Virus record (IMG/VR): IMGVR_UViG_3300012940_000027
Location: 1 to 62,126 of that record
DNA: 62,126 bases
Origin: a virus
Taxonomy: Duplodnaviria; Caudoviricetes
Reading direction: 5' to 3' (one strand)
Within the stretch, counting starts at the first letter, position 1. Each line of letters starts with the position of its first letter. Of this stretch, positions 36,579 through 46,065 are shown piece by piece. The notes beneath the pieces are model-generated. The model had not been told where the DNA came from and searched no databases. It worked only from the letters and a program-made list of their open reading frames with translations. The translations under genes and the position numbers were made by a program.

Positions 36579-36940
36579 TCGTAGCTCCCTTCGGCCGCAA
36601 CGTCGGCCAGGTTCGAGGTGTGGATCGACTGGTCGCCGATCCCGCGCAGCCAGTCGGCGCGGAGCTTCAGCACCTCCATGTGGTCGGGGATTTCGGCCGG
36701 GTCCACACCGGCGTCGAGGAGGCCGAGCGCGTAGATGAGGCGATAGCCCTTGGCCGGCTCATCGCCGTCGGTCAGGCCGGGAATGAGCGTCTTGTTGATC
36801 GCCACCAGGTCCTTGCGCACGATGTTCTCGGTGACGCCCAGGTGCTCGGCGATCTGTTCGTAGGACCAGCCGGCGGCCCGCAGGTAGAGCACGCAGCGGC
36901 GCCGGTTGGTCAGGCGGGTGACCGGGGTATCGAGTGGCAT
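36575..36940 (-). CDS. HTH DNA-binding protein
   Basis: LRAAGWSYEQIAEHLGVTENIVRKDL. Confidence 0.7.
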   Translation of the reverse strand: MPLDTPVTRLTNRRRCVLYLRAAGWSYEQIAEHLGVTENIVRKDLVAINKTLIPGLTDGDEPAKGYRLIYALGLLDAGVDPAEIPDHMEVLKLRADWLRGIGDQSIHTSNLADVAAEGSYE

Positions 36941-36958
36941 GGGTGCCTCCTTTGCCGC

Positions 36959-38488
36959 TTACCAGCGGCCCTTAGCCGAACCAGTGGCGACGATGCCGGT
37001 GCCGCCGCCGGTGTTCTCCTCATCGGTGAACCAGAGAATCGCCATGACCGTGGTGTCCACGCGGTCGTCGTGCTTGGCATTCGGGAAGAGGGCGTGCTCG
37101 GCGATGAAGCCGCCCATATCGATCTCGCCCAACGCATCGATGTCCCGCTCCGGCAGGAAGAGCCGGCCGTTGGCCTGGTAGCCGGAGATGGCATTGGCGC
37201 GGGCCACCTTGTCGCGGGTGCCGGGGTTGAACGCCTCGATCGGGATGCGGGTCTCCTTGCGCAGGTTCTGGCGCAGGGCGACACCTGAGCTCTTGTTCTC
37301 GATGACCAGCCGGTGCGGTCGCCATCCCTTCGGCAGCCGTCGCCACTTGGTCCACAGCTCCTTGGCGATCGCCTCCAGCTCGGGGTATTCCATCTGCTTG
37401 TGGAACAGATCGAGCAAGTACCAGCCGCGCTGCCCCTCGCCCCAGAGGGCGAAGACGGAGAAGTCGTTTTCCTCGCCGGCCTCGTGAGCGGTGTCGGCCA
37501 CGGCGATGACGCGGTGGAATGTTTCGGGCAGGTTCTCGCGCCGGTATCGCTGCCAGCGGGAGGCGGTGAAGATCGAGCCGCCGAGCGGCACCGGGCGTTG
37601 CTGGTACTGCGAGGCAAAGCCGTAGGCGCCGTGGCTCACCTTGAAGCCGTCGAGCACCTCCTGGGGAAATCGCTGCGGCCAGAGCAGGTCGCCCTGCTCG
37701 CGCTCCATCGTGCGACCGGAGATCGGGAAGTGATAGGTGGTCTTCTCCTCGGCAATCGCCGGGATGGAGACCTTGGTGAAGCCGTGCTCCTCGACGTGGC
37801 CGGTGAGGTCGTCCTCGTGAAGCCGCTGCATCACGATCACGATGGCGTCCTCGGCCGGGTTGTTGAGACGGTTGGACAGGGTGAGATCGTAGAAACGGTT
37901 GGCCGCCCGACGAGCGACTTCGGAGAGTGCGTCCTCGGGGTTCACCGGGTCGTCGATCACCAGCCGGTTGCCGCCCTTGCCGGTCTTCGAGCGGGTGGCG
38001 TCCATCACGCCGCGCTCGGTGTTCATAAAGAGCTGCTTGCGGTTCTCGTCGGATGCGAGCCGCACGCGGTCGCCCCAGTGCTGCTGATACCAGTCGCTTT
38101 CGACGATGGTCCGCCGGTCGAGCGAGTGCTTGGTCATCAGGTCGGAGCTGTAGGACCAGAACTGCCAGCTCGATTCCGGCCGGTGAATCCAGGACCAGAC
38201 CGGCCACATGACGGTGATCTCGACCGACTTCATGTGGCGCGGCGGGATGTTGAAGATGACGCGCTTCAGCTCGCCGGCATCGACCGCCATCAGGTATTCG
38301 GCGATCAGGTCGATGTGCCAGTTGTGCAGGTAGGGCTGGCCGGGGTGCAGGATCGGCCAGGCCACGCGGATGAAGCTGCGAAGATCGGCCTCGCACTCCT
38401 GCTTCTCGACAAAGGCGCGGATGAGCCGGCGGCCCTCCCGCGTCGAGAGCGCCTGTTCCAGGACAGCAGGCAGCGCGGCCGACGACAT
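36959..38488 (-). CDS. terL: Terminase large subunit
   Basis: NIPPRHMKS, LVIDDP, IVMQRLHEDDL, YQQRP, DTA..NDFS, IENKSSG, FPN..HDDRVD. Confidence 0.95.
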   Translation of the reverse strand: MSSAALPAVLEQALSTREGRRLIRAFVEKQECEADLRSFIRVAWPILHPGQPYLHNWHIDLIAEYLMAVDAGELKRVIFNIPPRHMKSVEITVMWPVWSWIHRPESSWQFWSYSSDLMTKHSLDRRTIVESDWYQQHWGDRVRLASDENRKQLFMNTERGVMDATRSKTGKGGNRLVIDDPVNPEDALSEVARRAANRFYDLTLSNRLNNPAEDAIVIVMQRLHEDDLTGHVEEHGFTKVSIPAIAEEKTTYHFPISGRTMEREQGDLLWPQRFPQEVLDGFKVSHGAYGFASQYQQRPVPLGGSIFTASRWQRYRRENLPETFHRVIAVADTAHEAGEENDFSVFALWGEGQRGWYLLDLFHKQMEYPELEAIAKELWTKWRRLPKGWRPHRLVIENKSSGVALRQNLRKETRIPIEAFNPGTRDKVARANAISGYQANGRLFLPERDIDALGEIDMGGFIAEHALFPNAKHDDRVDTTVMAILWFTDEENTGGGTGIVATGSAKGRW

Positions 38489-38946
38489 TACGCGGCCTCC
38501 TCCGGCTCCTCACCGTCGGCCTCGTCGATCGCCGTGGCGAGCGCGGAGAGCACATCGGGCGAGAGCTTGCTGAGCACGTCGTTCAGCTCGACCGCGCCGG
38601 AGTGTTCGAGCTGGACCGGACCCTCGTCCTTGCCGGTGACCTCGGTGCGCGTCTTCCGGCCATACTCGTCCGGCATGGTGCGTTCGAGCTTCCACGCCGC
38701 GGCCTGCCAGGAACCGTCCTGCGCCGCTCGCTCGATGACGGAGAGCCAACGCACGGCCCGCTTGCCTTCCGAAGCCTTTAGCCGCTCCGCAAAATCCGGG
38801 AACTCGTTGAGCATTTCGTAGAGCGTGGACTCGCCGATACCGGCATAGAGCACCGCGACCTTACGGGTAGCGCCCATCTCGATGGCCTGAATCACGCGGT
38901 CCATCGTCTCGTTCGTCTTCTTGGTGTGACGCCCGCGCTTGGCCAT
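38488..38946 (-). CDS. terS: Terminase small subunit
   Basis: HTH, WQAAAWKLER, EVTGKDEGPV; abuts terL. Confidence 0.85.
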   Translation of the reverse strand: MAKRGRHTKKTNETMDRVIQAIEMGATRKVAVLYAGIGESTLYEMLNEFPDFAERLKASEGKRAVRWLSVIERAAQDGSWQAAAWKLERTMPDEYGRKTRTEVTGKDEGPVQLEHSGAVELNDVLSKLSPDVLSALATAIDEADGEEPEEAA

Positions 38947-38947
38947 C

Positions 38948-39682
38948 TCAGCCCTCCCGGATCGCGACCCACGCGGAGAAGTTGAGGTGCGTCCAGATGC
39001 GATCGACCATCGCGAATCCGGCATTGCGCAGCGCGTCTTCGTTCCAGCGAGCGGTCACCGGGACCTGCACGCCCTCCATGCTTTTCGCCTTCGCGTTGAT
39101 CTCTTCCCAGGAGTAGCCCTGCTCGTGCTTGTATGCGTGGTAGTGCTCGACGAGGAGCCGGTCGGTGATGCCGTTGTCGCCGATGGTCTTCTCGACCAGG
39201 ATCAGTGCCCCACCGGGCCGCGTGCTCTCGTAGATCGAGCGGAGGATGCGCTGCCGGTAGTTGATCGGGATGAAGATTAGCGTCAGCACGCACAGGGTCA
39301 GCGAGGCATCGACGTGGGGATATGTCTCCCGGAGGTCGGTATCGAGGATGCGCATGATCGACTCGTAGCCGTGCAGCCGGGCCTGGAGCTGTTCGCGCAT
39401 CGGAGCCGACGGCTCGACCAGGACGTAGCGGTTGTGAGCGCCGAAGGTGCGGATAAAGGGTTCCGTGGCCTGGCCGTGGGAGGCACCGAGATCCACGATG
39501 TCGGTGTTGCGCTGCACGAACTCCTTGCCGATTTCGGTGGTGATCTTGCGCATCGTGTCGTAGCCGGGGATGGAGCGGCGCAGCATGTCGGCAAAGACGC
39601 GGCTGACCGATTCGTCAAACGCCCAGGCGCCGTCCGGCATGTGGCCGAGAGAGCTGGGGGATTCCGTGGTGGCGGTGCTCAT
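38948..39682 (-). CDS. CmoA-like carboxy-S-adenosylmethionine synthase / class I SAM enzyme
   Basis: WAFDESVSRVFADMLRRSIPGY, DLGASHG, EPS..M, L.FI, PGG.LILVEK, GYS..EI..K, AGF, NF motifs all match CmoA family. Confidence 0.8.
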   Translation of the reverse strand: MSTATTESPSSLGHMPDGAWAFDESVSRVFADMLRRSIPGYDTMRKITTEIGKEFVQRNTDIVDLGASHGQATEPFIRTFGAHNRYVLVEPSAPMREQLQARLHGYESIMRILDTDLRETYPHVDASLTLCVLTLIFIPINYRQRILRSIYESTRPGGALILVEKTIGDNGITDRLLVEHYHAYKHEQGYSWEEINAKAKSMEGVQVPVTARWNEDALRNAGFAMVDRIWTHLNFSAWVAIREG

Positions 39683-40290
39683 GGCAGTTCCTTTCCGTCG
39701 AGCAGCGAGGCGATGAAGCCGTTGCTGCTTCCGTGCTCGGCCTCGTAGGCGTCGAGCCAGGCGAAGATGGCGTCCTGCTCGTCGCGGGACATCAGCGTGG
39801 AGTGGCCGCCCCAGACCATCTTTCCGAGGGCGCGGGGTGGCGTGAGGTCGTCTCCAGCGGTGTGGTCGTCCGGCACGGAGCCGCCGGCGTCATAGAGGGT
39901 GGCGAGGAAGGCTTGCAGGGTGGCGTCGCCGGTGTCGATCGAGCGGAGCAGTTCGTCGAACGCCTCCTCGCTCGTCTCGGCCAGTTCGGTGATGGCGTCG
40001 AGGGTGGCAACGGCAACGCGCTCCTCCTCGTCGGTCAGGTGGACGTACTTCACCGGGATCGATTCGATGCCGGCGCGGAGGGCGAGCGTGACGCGCAGGT
40101 GACCGTCGACCAGGTTGCCGGTCCGCTCGTTCACGATCACGTCCTGAATCCAGCCGACGTTTTCGAGCAGCGCCTTCAGGATGTCCTGCTGGTGCCGGTC
40201 GTGGCGACGCGGGTTGTGCGGGTTGGCGAGAAGCTGCTCGGGATGCTCCTCGCCGTAGCCGGTGATCTTCAGGTCCCAGCGCTTGCTCAC
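39679..40290 (-). CDS. ParB-like N-terminal domain protein
   Basis: LLANPHNPRRH..VGWIQDVIVN.RTG..VDGHLR. Confidence 0.85.
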   Translation of the reverse strand: MSKRWDLKITGYGEEHPEQLLANPHNPRRHDRHQQDILKALLENVGWIQDVIVNERTGNLVDGHLRVTLALRAGIESIPVKYVHLTDEEERVAVATLDAITELAETSEEAFDELLRSIDTGDATLQAFLATLYDAGGSVPDDHTAGDDLTPPRALGKMVWGGHSTLMSRDEQDAIFAWLDAYEAEHGSSNGFIASLLDGKELP

Positions 40291-41786
40291 TTGATGAAGC
40301 CTCCCTGGCGGAGCGCGTCGAGCACGTCGGCGGATCGGCCGACGGTGCGCCCGCTGCGATACGGCAGCTCGAACTCGTACTGAACGGCGGCGATCAGCGC
40401 CTCCTCGGAGACGGTGCGCTCCTTGAAGCCGGCGCACTGCCACATCTCGTTGGAGCGGAACGACTCGTGGGTGCCGTGGAAGGGGGCGAACGCGGGGTCG
40501 CGCTTGCGGCCGGCGTTGAGGAGGGTGTAGTGCGGGCCGATGTAGGTCTCGGCCAGCGCCTGCACTTCGGCCAGGGTGTGATACTTCTGGAAGTACCAGG
40601 CTCCCTTGTTGTAGATCGCCGTCACGCCCGACTTGTCGAAGAAGCGGATGCGGTTCACGTCGTCGGTGGTGAAGGCCGACTCGCTGCGGCCATCGCGGGT
40701 CGCGTGGTCGTAGGCGTCCTTGCTCTTGCCGGTGAAGCCGATCAGGCCGCCCGGCTTGCAGAGCGCGTTGACCAGCGTGAGGCAGTGGGTTTGCGCCTCC
40801 GGCCGGCCGACCGAGTTGAGCACCGAGTCGAGCACCACCACGTCGAAGCGGCGGCCGGCGGCCAGGAATGCGCAGAACTGATCGACCGCCTTCTGCACCG
40901 CCACATGGTCGATGTCGAACGAGCCGCGTTTGCGCCGGTAGAACTCGACATCGATCACCTCGTGCCCGCGCTCGCGGAGGGCCTGGGCGTAGGCCCCGCG
41001 ACCACTGCCGAAGTCGAGAATCGCCTCGTGGCCGGCCAGGCGGGGAATGATGTCGAGCACGTAGAGGCTGGACTGGAGGTGGGTGTCAGCTTTGGGCTTT
41101 CCGCCGTTCGCCCCCAGCTCCTTGCCGGGGTGGCGGCTCGGCTGGTTGCTCGCCTGATTCCACTGGTCGAGCTTGATGTGGTCGTAGCTGAACTCGCCGT
41201 ACTCGCGGCCAAACGATTTGAGAACCGCGTCGGCGGTCTCGTCCGGGACGTAGCGCACGAGCAGCGGGTAACCGATGGTCGTGGCGACCGCGGCGTAGAG
41301 GCTGCCGACCAGGACGCGGCCCGACTCGGTGGCAATCGCGTTCGACCAGCTTCCGTGGGCGAGCAGCAGCTTGGCCATGGTCGTCTTGTGCTGGTTGCGC
41401 CGTACCAGGCCGGTTCCGGTCACCTCGGCCGGATCGACCACTTCCCAGCCGGTGCCGGGCGGCACGGAGACCGGGGCGCGGTGGTCTTCCACGTCGATCG
41501 CGTTGTGGAACTGGTTGAAGCGCAGCTCCTCGATCGTCGAGACCTCCCCCTCAGCCATGAAGACCGGGGTGTGGGTGACGCCGGCGGCGAGCATCGCCTT
41601 TGTGCGCTGGTGGCCGGCCAGAATGGTCAGCTTGTCGGTGGCGATCACCGGGCGGATGACGCCGTGGGTGCGGATCGATTCGACGAGGGCGGCGAACGCC
41701 TCCTCGTCGATCTTGCGCGGGTTGTAGGGCGCCGGGGTCAGGTTGGCGATGGGAAAGTCGGGAATGAACTTCACGCGAGCAGCCAC
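40287..41786 (-). CDS. ParB-like domain fused to class I SAM-dependent methyltransferase
   Basis: APYNPR..ILAGHQR ParB; ILDFGSGRG motif I and FDVVVLDSVLNSV strand-4 motif. Confidence 0.85.
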   Translation of the reverse strand: MAARVKFIPDFPIANLTPAPYNPRKIDEEAFAALVESIRTHGVIRPVIATDKLTILAGHQRTKAMLAAGVTHTPVFMAEGEVSTIEELRFNQFHNAIDVEDHRAPVSVPPGTGWEVVDPAEVTGTGLVRRNQHKTTMAKLLLAHGSWSNAIATESGRVLVGSLYAAVATTIGYPLLVRYVPDETADAVLKSFGREYGEFSYDHIKLDQWNQASNQPSRHPGKELGANGGKPKADTHLQSSLYVLDIIPRLAGHEAILDFGSGRGAYAQALRERGHEVIDVEFYRRKRGSFDIDHVAVQKAVDQFCAFLAAGRRFDVVVLDSVLNSVGRPEAQTHCLTLVNALCKPGGLIGFTGKSKDAYDHATRDGRSESAFTTDDVNRIRFFDKSGVTAIYNKGAWYFQKYHTLAEVQALAETYIGPHYTLLNAGRKRDPAFAPFHGTHESFRSNEMWQCAGFKERTVSEEALIAAVQYEFELPYRSGRTVGRSADVLDALRQGGFIK

Positions 41787-42418
41787 CTTACGAAACCGAA
41801 AGACATGCCGGTCGCCTCCAGGTGGGCGAAGAAGGCGTTGGTGAGATCGCGGAACTCGGCTGGGGTGAGCGGGATCGACCGGCTCGGCAGGGTCAGCGTG
41901 AACCCGAGCGCGGTGTTGTCCTCCGGCTCGGGTCCATCGTTGGAGTAGCCCTCGTCGTCGGCATCCTCGTCGTCGAGGGGTTGGCGGTCATCGCCCGAGG
42001 GCTTGGTGCGGGCCGGCGCCGGGGCAAGCTCGGCGATGAGGTCGGCCAGCGGTTTATCGAGGGACGGCGCCAGCTCCTCGCGAAGCGTCGCCATTTCCTC
42101 CATGTCCAGGTGCGCCAGCGCCCCGATCGGGTCGAAGGTCGCCAGCACGAGGGCTTCCTCCGCCTCGTCGAGATCGACGTACTTGACCGGGAGCTGGGTC
42201 TGCTTTTCCGCGACGGCGAGGTCCACGCGCAGGTGGCCGTCGAGAATGAGGCCGGTGCGGCGGTTGACGATCACGTCTTGGATGACGCCGACGGTATCAA
42301 TCGCCGATGCCAACGCCCGCCGTTGCCTCGAAGGGTGACGGCGGGCGTTCTTGGGATGAGCGCGAAGCGTGCTCGGATCGACGACGGCGGTCGCGACGAT
42401 GCGGTTCCTGATGTTCAC
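41771..42418 (-). CDS. ParB-like N-terminal domain protein
   Basis: HPKNARRH..VGVIQDVIVNRRTG.ILDGHLR; paralog of 39679-40290. Confidence 0.85.
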   Translation of the reverse strand: MNIRNRIVATAVVDPSTLRAHPKNARRHPSRQRRALASAIDTVGVIQDVIVNRRTGLILDGHLRVDLAVAEKQTQLPVKYVDLDEAEEALVLATFDPIGALAHLDMEEMATLREELAPSLDKPLADLIAELAPAPARTKPSGDDRQPLDDEDADDEGYSNDGPEPEDNTALGFTLTLPSRSIPLTPAEFRDLTNAFFAHLEATGMSFGFVRWLLA

Positions 42419-42444
42419 CTTACCCTCGTGCCGCCCTCCGGCGG

Positions 42445-42936
42445 CTAGAACATCCGGGGCGTTTCGATGGCCGGTCCGCGGGTGACCAGCACCCTCGGCA
42501 TGTTCTGGACATCCTTCGCCCGGTAGCGATCAATGCCGTAACCCGCGTACATGGCGGCGGTCTCGTCGTTCGACTCGATCGCCAGATACCAGGTGGACTC
42601 GGGCTGGCCGTGCTTGGGGAAGACGTAGCGGTGCAGCACCGTCTCCTTGCACTTGGCCGCCCGGAAGTTCCACTGGTTGAAATAGGCTTCGTTTGGCTGC
42701 CAGTGGAGCTGGTTCCAGATGCGCTCCAGCGTTTCCTTGCGATAGCTGTCGGGGCGAACGGTGATGAGGATGACGTAGTGGTTGGCGATCAGATCGCGCA
42801 GCCAGGGGCGATACCGCTCGACCGCAACGTTGTAGTGCGTCCCCTTGCGAATCACCTCGCTGCTGTTCTCGGCGAGGGTGTAGTTCAGGTCGAGGAGCAG
42901 AATCGGCTGCTCCGCCTGGGCCGTGCGCTGTGTCAT
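42445..42936 (-). CDS. HAD-superfamily (PNK phosphatase-like) protein with atypical motifs
   Basis: LLLDLNYTL, LITVRP...R.ET, K..VL, LAIESN...MY...GI. Confidence 0.65.
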   Translation of the reverse strand: MTQRTAQAEQPILLLDLNYTLAENSSEVIRKGTHYNVAVERYRPWLRDLIANHYVILITVRPDSYRKETLERIWNQLHWQPNEAYFNQWNFRAAKCKETVLHRYVFPKHGQPESTWYLAIESNDETAAMYAGYGIDRYRAKDVQNMPRVLVTRGPAIETPRMF

Positions 42937-42982
42937 GTGGTCGTCTCCTTCGGGTCTCGTGGCTACTGCCATTCGTAGCCAT

Positions 42983-43011
42983 AGTATACACAATGTGTTG
43001 CCTGTTGGCTA
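42983..43011 (-). promoter_or_regulatory. Promoter TAGCCA-17-TATACT with operator, heads modification/packaging operon
   Basis: Operator 42997-43012; SAS 42938-42948. Confidence 0.65.
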
Positions 43012-43379
43012 CTCTCGCGTCTCAGTGTCACTCGCACGATGGACAGCGAAGCACCCAGGTAACCACTTGCAAATTACGGTTCGGATTTCGATTAGCCCGT
43101 CCGTGCTGAGGCGCTTCTATAAGCGAGCAACGACCTTACCCCTTACGGCCTCGATCTATTCGGGGCGCATCGTTCACGATCACTGATGAACTGAATGTGT
43201 GGATTAGAGCGGGGTGCGGCGGCGAACATGCCGCCAGCGCTTCAGCACTCAGCGCCCCTCATTTCCAGATTAGCACCACGGTTCTAAGCAGAAGGTCACT
43301 CCAGTCTGTGACAGAAATGTCACTGATATACTGGCCCAAACGCCGTTCTCGCCCCGCGTGTGGGAAGGTTTTGCGAAAT

Positions 43380-44249
43380 ATGTCCGCACAAATTGCTCTA
43401 CTTCCTGAGTTCAGTGGCGCTCGGGCGCACCTCAAATGCGAGGACAATCTCGCGTTTCTACGGGAACTACCCGACGAGAGCATGAAACTCATTGTCACGT
43501 CGCCGCCGTATAACATCGGTAAGGCTTACGAGCGGCGGAAAGCGCTCGACACTTATCTCTCTTCCCAAGCGCAAGTTATCGCCGAGAGTGTTCGGCTACT
43601 GCACCCGCAAGGGTCAATCTGCTGGCAAGTCGGAAATCACATCGCCCCAGATGGCGAAGTGGTGCCACTAGACATCGTCCTCTACCAGCACTTCAAGGAT
43701 CACGGCCTAAAGCTCCGAAACCGAATCATCTGGCACTTCGAGCACGGCCTCCATGCCTCCAAGCGCTTCTCTGGCCGCTACGAGACGATCCTCTGGTTTA
43801 CCAAGGGTGACGACTACACGTTCAACCTTGATCCCGTGCGGGTTCCCTCCAAGTACCCAAACAAGAAGCACTTCAAAGGTCCGCGGATTGGCCAACTCTC
43901 CGGCAATCCCCTGGGCAAGAATCCCTCTGATGTTTGGGTGATCCCCAACGTCAAGAACAACCATGTCGAGAAAACGATTCACCCCTGTCAATTCCCCGTG
44001 GAGCTGGTCGAACGTCTCGTCCTCTCAATGACCAACGAGGGTGATAATGTGCTCGATCCCTATGTGGGGGTAGGTTCTTCGATCATTGCCGCGCTCAAAC
44101 ACGACCGTCATGGTTACGGCTGCGACATTGCTCAGGAATATGTCGATATTGCCTGGGAGCGGATTCGTGCCTTGCGAGACGGCACCCTACGCACCCGCCC
44201 AATGGGCAAGCCTGTCTACGACCCGAGCCTTCCCAATGGCGGCCACTAG
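43380..44249 (+). CDS. Type II DNA methyltransferase (N4-C/N6-A, beta class)
   Basis: VTSPPYN before HP.QFP..L and VLDPYVGVGS. Confidence 0.9.
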   Translation: MSAQIALLPEFSGARAHLKCEDNLAFLRELPDESMKLIVTSPPYNIGKAYERRKALDTYLSSQAQVIAESVRLLHPQGSICWQVGNHIAPDGEVVPLDIVLYQHFKDHGLKLRNRIIWHFEHGLHASKRFSGRYETILWFTKGDDYTFNLDPVRVPSKYPNKKHFKGPRIGQLSGNPLGKNPSDVWVIPNVKNNHVEKTIHPCQFPVELVERLVLSMTNEGDNVLDPYVGVGSSIIAALKHDRHGYGCDIAQEYVDIAWERIRALRDGTLRTRPMGKPVYDPSLPNGGH

Positions 44250-44861
44250 ATGCAGATTGTTGAGCGCTACTCCCACCTCAACGGCTGGGAGCACATCATG
44301 GTGCATAAGCCGCAAGTGTGGCATGACATTGTCGAAGTTATCGGGCTGATTGATGCCGAATCTATCCGGACGAAAGTGTCCAAAGAGAGTAGGATGATCG
44401 GCCGCTTGCTCTTTTCACCAGAGGACCTCAATCGCCGCTTCAAAGAAGAGTTTTACGAGCGGGAGTGGCATGAGTCGGTGACCCGCTACTGGGTCACTAC
44501 GGACGTTGAGCTTATACGCGAAACGGTGTCCCTGCCGGCCGAAGAACAGCGAAGGCGCATCGAAGCGGCGGGCAAAATCCCAATCGGTTCGTTCAACCAA
44601 ACCGACTTTGTCAAAGAGCGGATTGCAGTTGAGGTGCAGTTCGGGAAGTACAGCTTTGTCGCCTTTGACCTCTTCGTCAAACACATGGCGTTTTACGTTG
44701 GCGATGTGATTGACGTTGGAGTTGAGATTCTCCCCATGAAGGCGATGTCGTCAGAAATGTCGTCGGGAATTTCGTATTACGAGCGTGAACTCTACAACGT
44801 GATCCGGCAAGGCAGGGGCGTCCCTGCCGTCCCCTTGGTTCTCGTCGGTATAGCGCCTTAA
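44250..44861 (+). CDS. BglII/BstYI-family type II restriction endonuclease
   Basis: YSHLNG, NQTDFVKERIAVEVQFGKY (D..EVQ active site); adjacent to MTase. Confidence 0.85.
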   Translation: MQIVERYSHLNGWEHIMVHKPQVWHDIVEVIGLIDAESIRTKVSKESRMIGRLLFSPEDLNRRFKEEFYEREWHESVTRYWVTTDVELIRETVSLPAEEQRRRIEAAGKIPIGSFNQTDFVKERIAVEVQFGKYSFVAFDLFVKHMAFYVGDVIDVGVEILPMKAMSSEMSSGISYYERELYNVIRQGRGVPAVPLVLVGIAP

Positions 44862-44877
44862 TTGGCGCTATCTGCGG

Positions 44878-44960
44878 TCATGGGCTTCCGCAGCCAACAC
44901 CATCGCCATTACCGTCGAAATCGTTCGGATCGGGCGGAGGCGCAGCTTCGTAGCCGCCGC
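44878..44960 (-). pseudogene. Relic C-terminus of an Excalibur-like Ca-binding domain
   Basis: PPDPNDFDGNGDGVGC..stop with no plausible start. Confidence 0.5.
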
Positions 44961-44983
44961 TTACACGCTTTGTTTCCCGTTGG

Positions 44984-45607
44984 CTACTCTGAGGTCGCCT
45001 CCTGATTGGCCTCGATCCAGTGAGCGACCGAGCGCAGGGCGATCGAGCGGGCCGCCTCGTCGGTCGGTGCGTAGATGCCGGCCACCCACCAGCCGCCGGT
45101 CGGTGAGGGATTGACGCTGAACCAGAGATTGTCCTTGCTGATGTGGCGCTGCTCGTTGCAGACGACGACGGCAAGCTCACCGTCGTCGTCCCGATTGACG
45201 AAGGCGGAGTAGATGCGCTCGGTGCGCGGCAGCGCCGGGATGGCCGGATCGTGGCGCAGCTCAACGATATCCATGTCCGATTCATAGACGATGGTGCCGA
45301 GGAAGGCGACCCACTGCTGGGCCAGCTCCTGCGTCGAGCAGGTCAGCGCCGGAAAGTCGTGGATGAGGACGACCCAGGAACTCCCTTCACGCGGGGCGTC
45401 CAGGCTGCGCATCGCGTACTCGAGCGCGGAGGCGACGCCGGTGTGGAAGAGCGGATCGGCCGATATTTGCGCCTCGCGAATCGCCTTCTCGATGGTGACG
45501 CCGAAGTGGACACGCAGCAGGTTGCGGGCGTGCTCCCATCCCTTCTCGAACTGGTCATCCTTCGGCCGGCGGTCGGCGACCACCGGGGCCGGTGCGGTTG
45601 CGGTCAT
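44984..45607 (-). CDS. Hypothetical protein
   Basis: GAGGAG RBS, ATGA coupling. Confidence 0.65.
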   Translation of the reverse strand: MTATAPAPVVADRRPKDDQFEKGWEHARNLLRVHFGVTIEKAIREAQISADPLFHTGVASALEYAMRSLDAPREGSSWVVLIHDFPALTCSTQELAQQWVAFLGTIVYESDMDIVELRHDPAIPALPRTERIYSAFVNRDDDGELAVVVCNEQRHISKDNLWFSVNPSPTGGWWVAGIYAPTDEAARSIALRSVAHWIEANQEATSE

Positions 45608-46065
45608 TGGCTCTCCTCGTCACGGTTGCGGCGAATGGACGCGCTGAGACCGAAGTTGATGGCGTCCGCCTTCAGGCGCTGTGCCTGGCGATCGGCGTGC
45701 TCGCTCATTGCTTTCAGGTCGTCGGCGGTCAGGTCCTCCCAGGCTTTGGCGTCGAAGCCGCGCCCGTCCTTGCGCGGCACGGAATAGACGGCGCGACGCC
45801 GGTCGCCGATGTGGTTGCCCTTGTAGTAGCCATCGGGCTTGGTGTTGCGGATCGTCCACTTCACGTACTCGTGGACAGTGAAATCGAGCGCCATGCTGCG
45901 CAGCTCCATCCGTTCGAGCGGGGTGAGCTGGCCGAGCAGGTGATCGCGAACCTCGGTCTCGATCGCCGGCTTGTCGAGGGAGCCGTCGTCGCGCCGGTGG
46001 TCACCCATGATTGCCCGCGTGCGCTCGACGATGATCTTGCGGTAAGCCGGGTTGAAGACGGTCAC
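45604..46065 (-). CDS. Hypothetical protein
   Basis: AGGAGG RBS, GTGA coupling. Confidence 0.6.
   Translation of the reverse strand: MTVFNPAYRKIIVERTRAIMGDHRRDDGSLDKPAIETEVRDHLLGQLTPLERMELRSMALDFTVHEYVKWTIRNTKPDGYYKGNHIGDRRRAVYSVPRKDGRGFDAKAWEDLTADDLKAMSEHADRQAQRLKADAINFGLSASIRRNRDEESQ

Noticed and set aside
43197-43379. N-terminal extension of the MTase ORF
   Set aside because: MTase-like sequence begins near ATG 43380; the extension has no recognisable features
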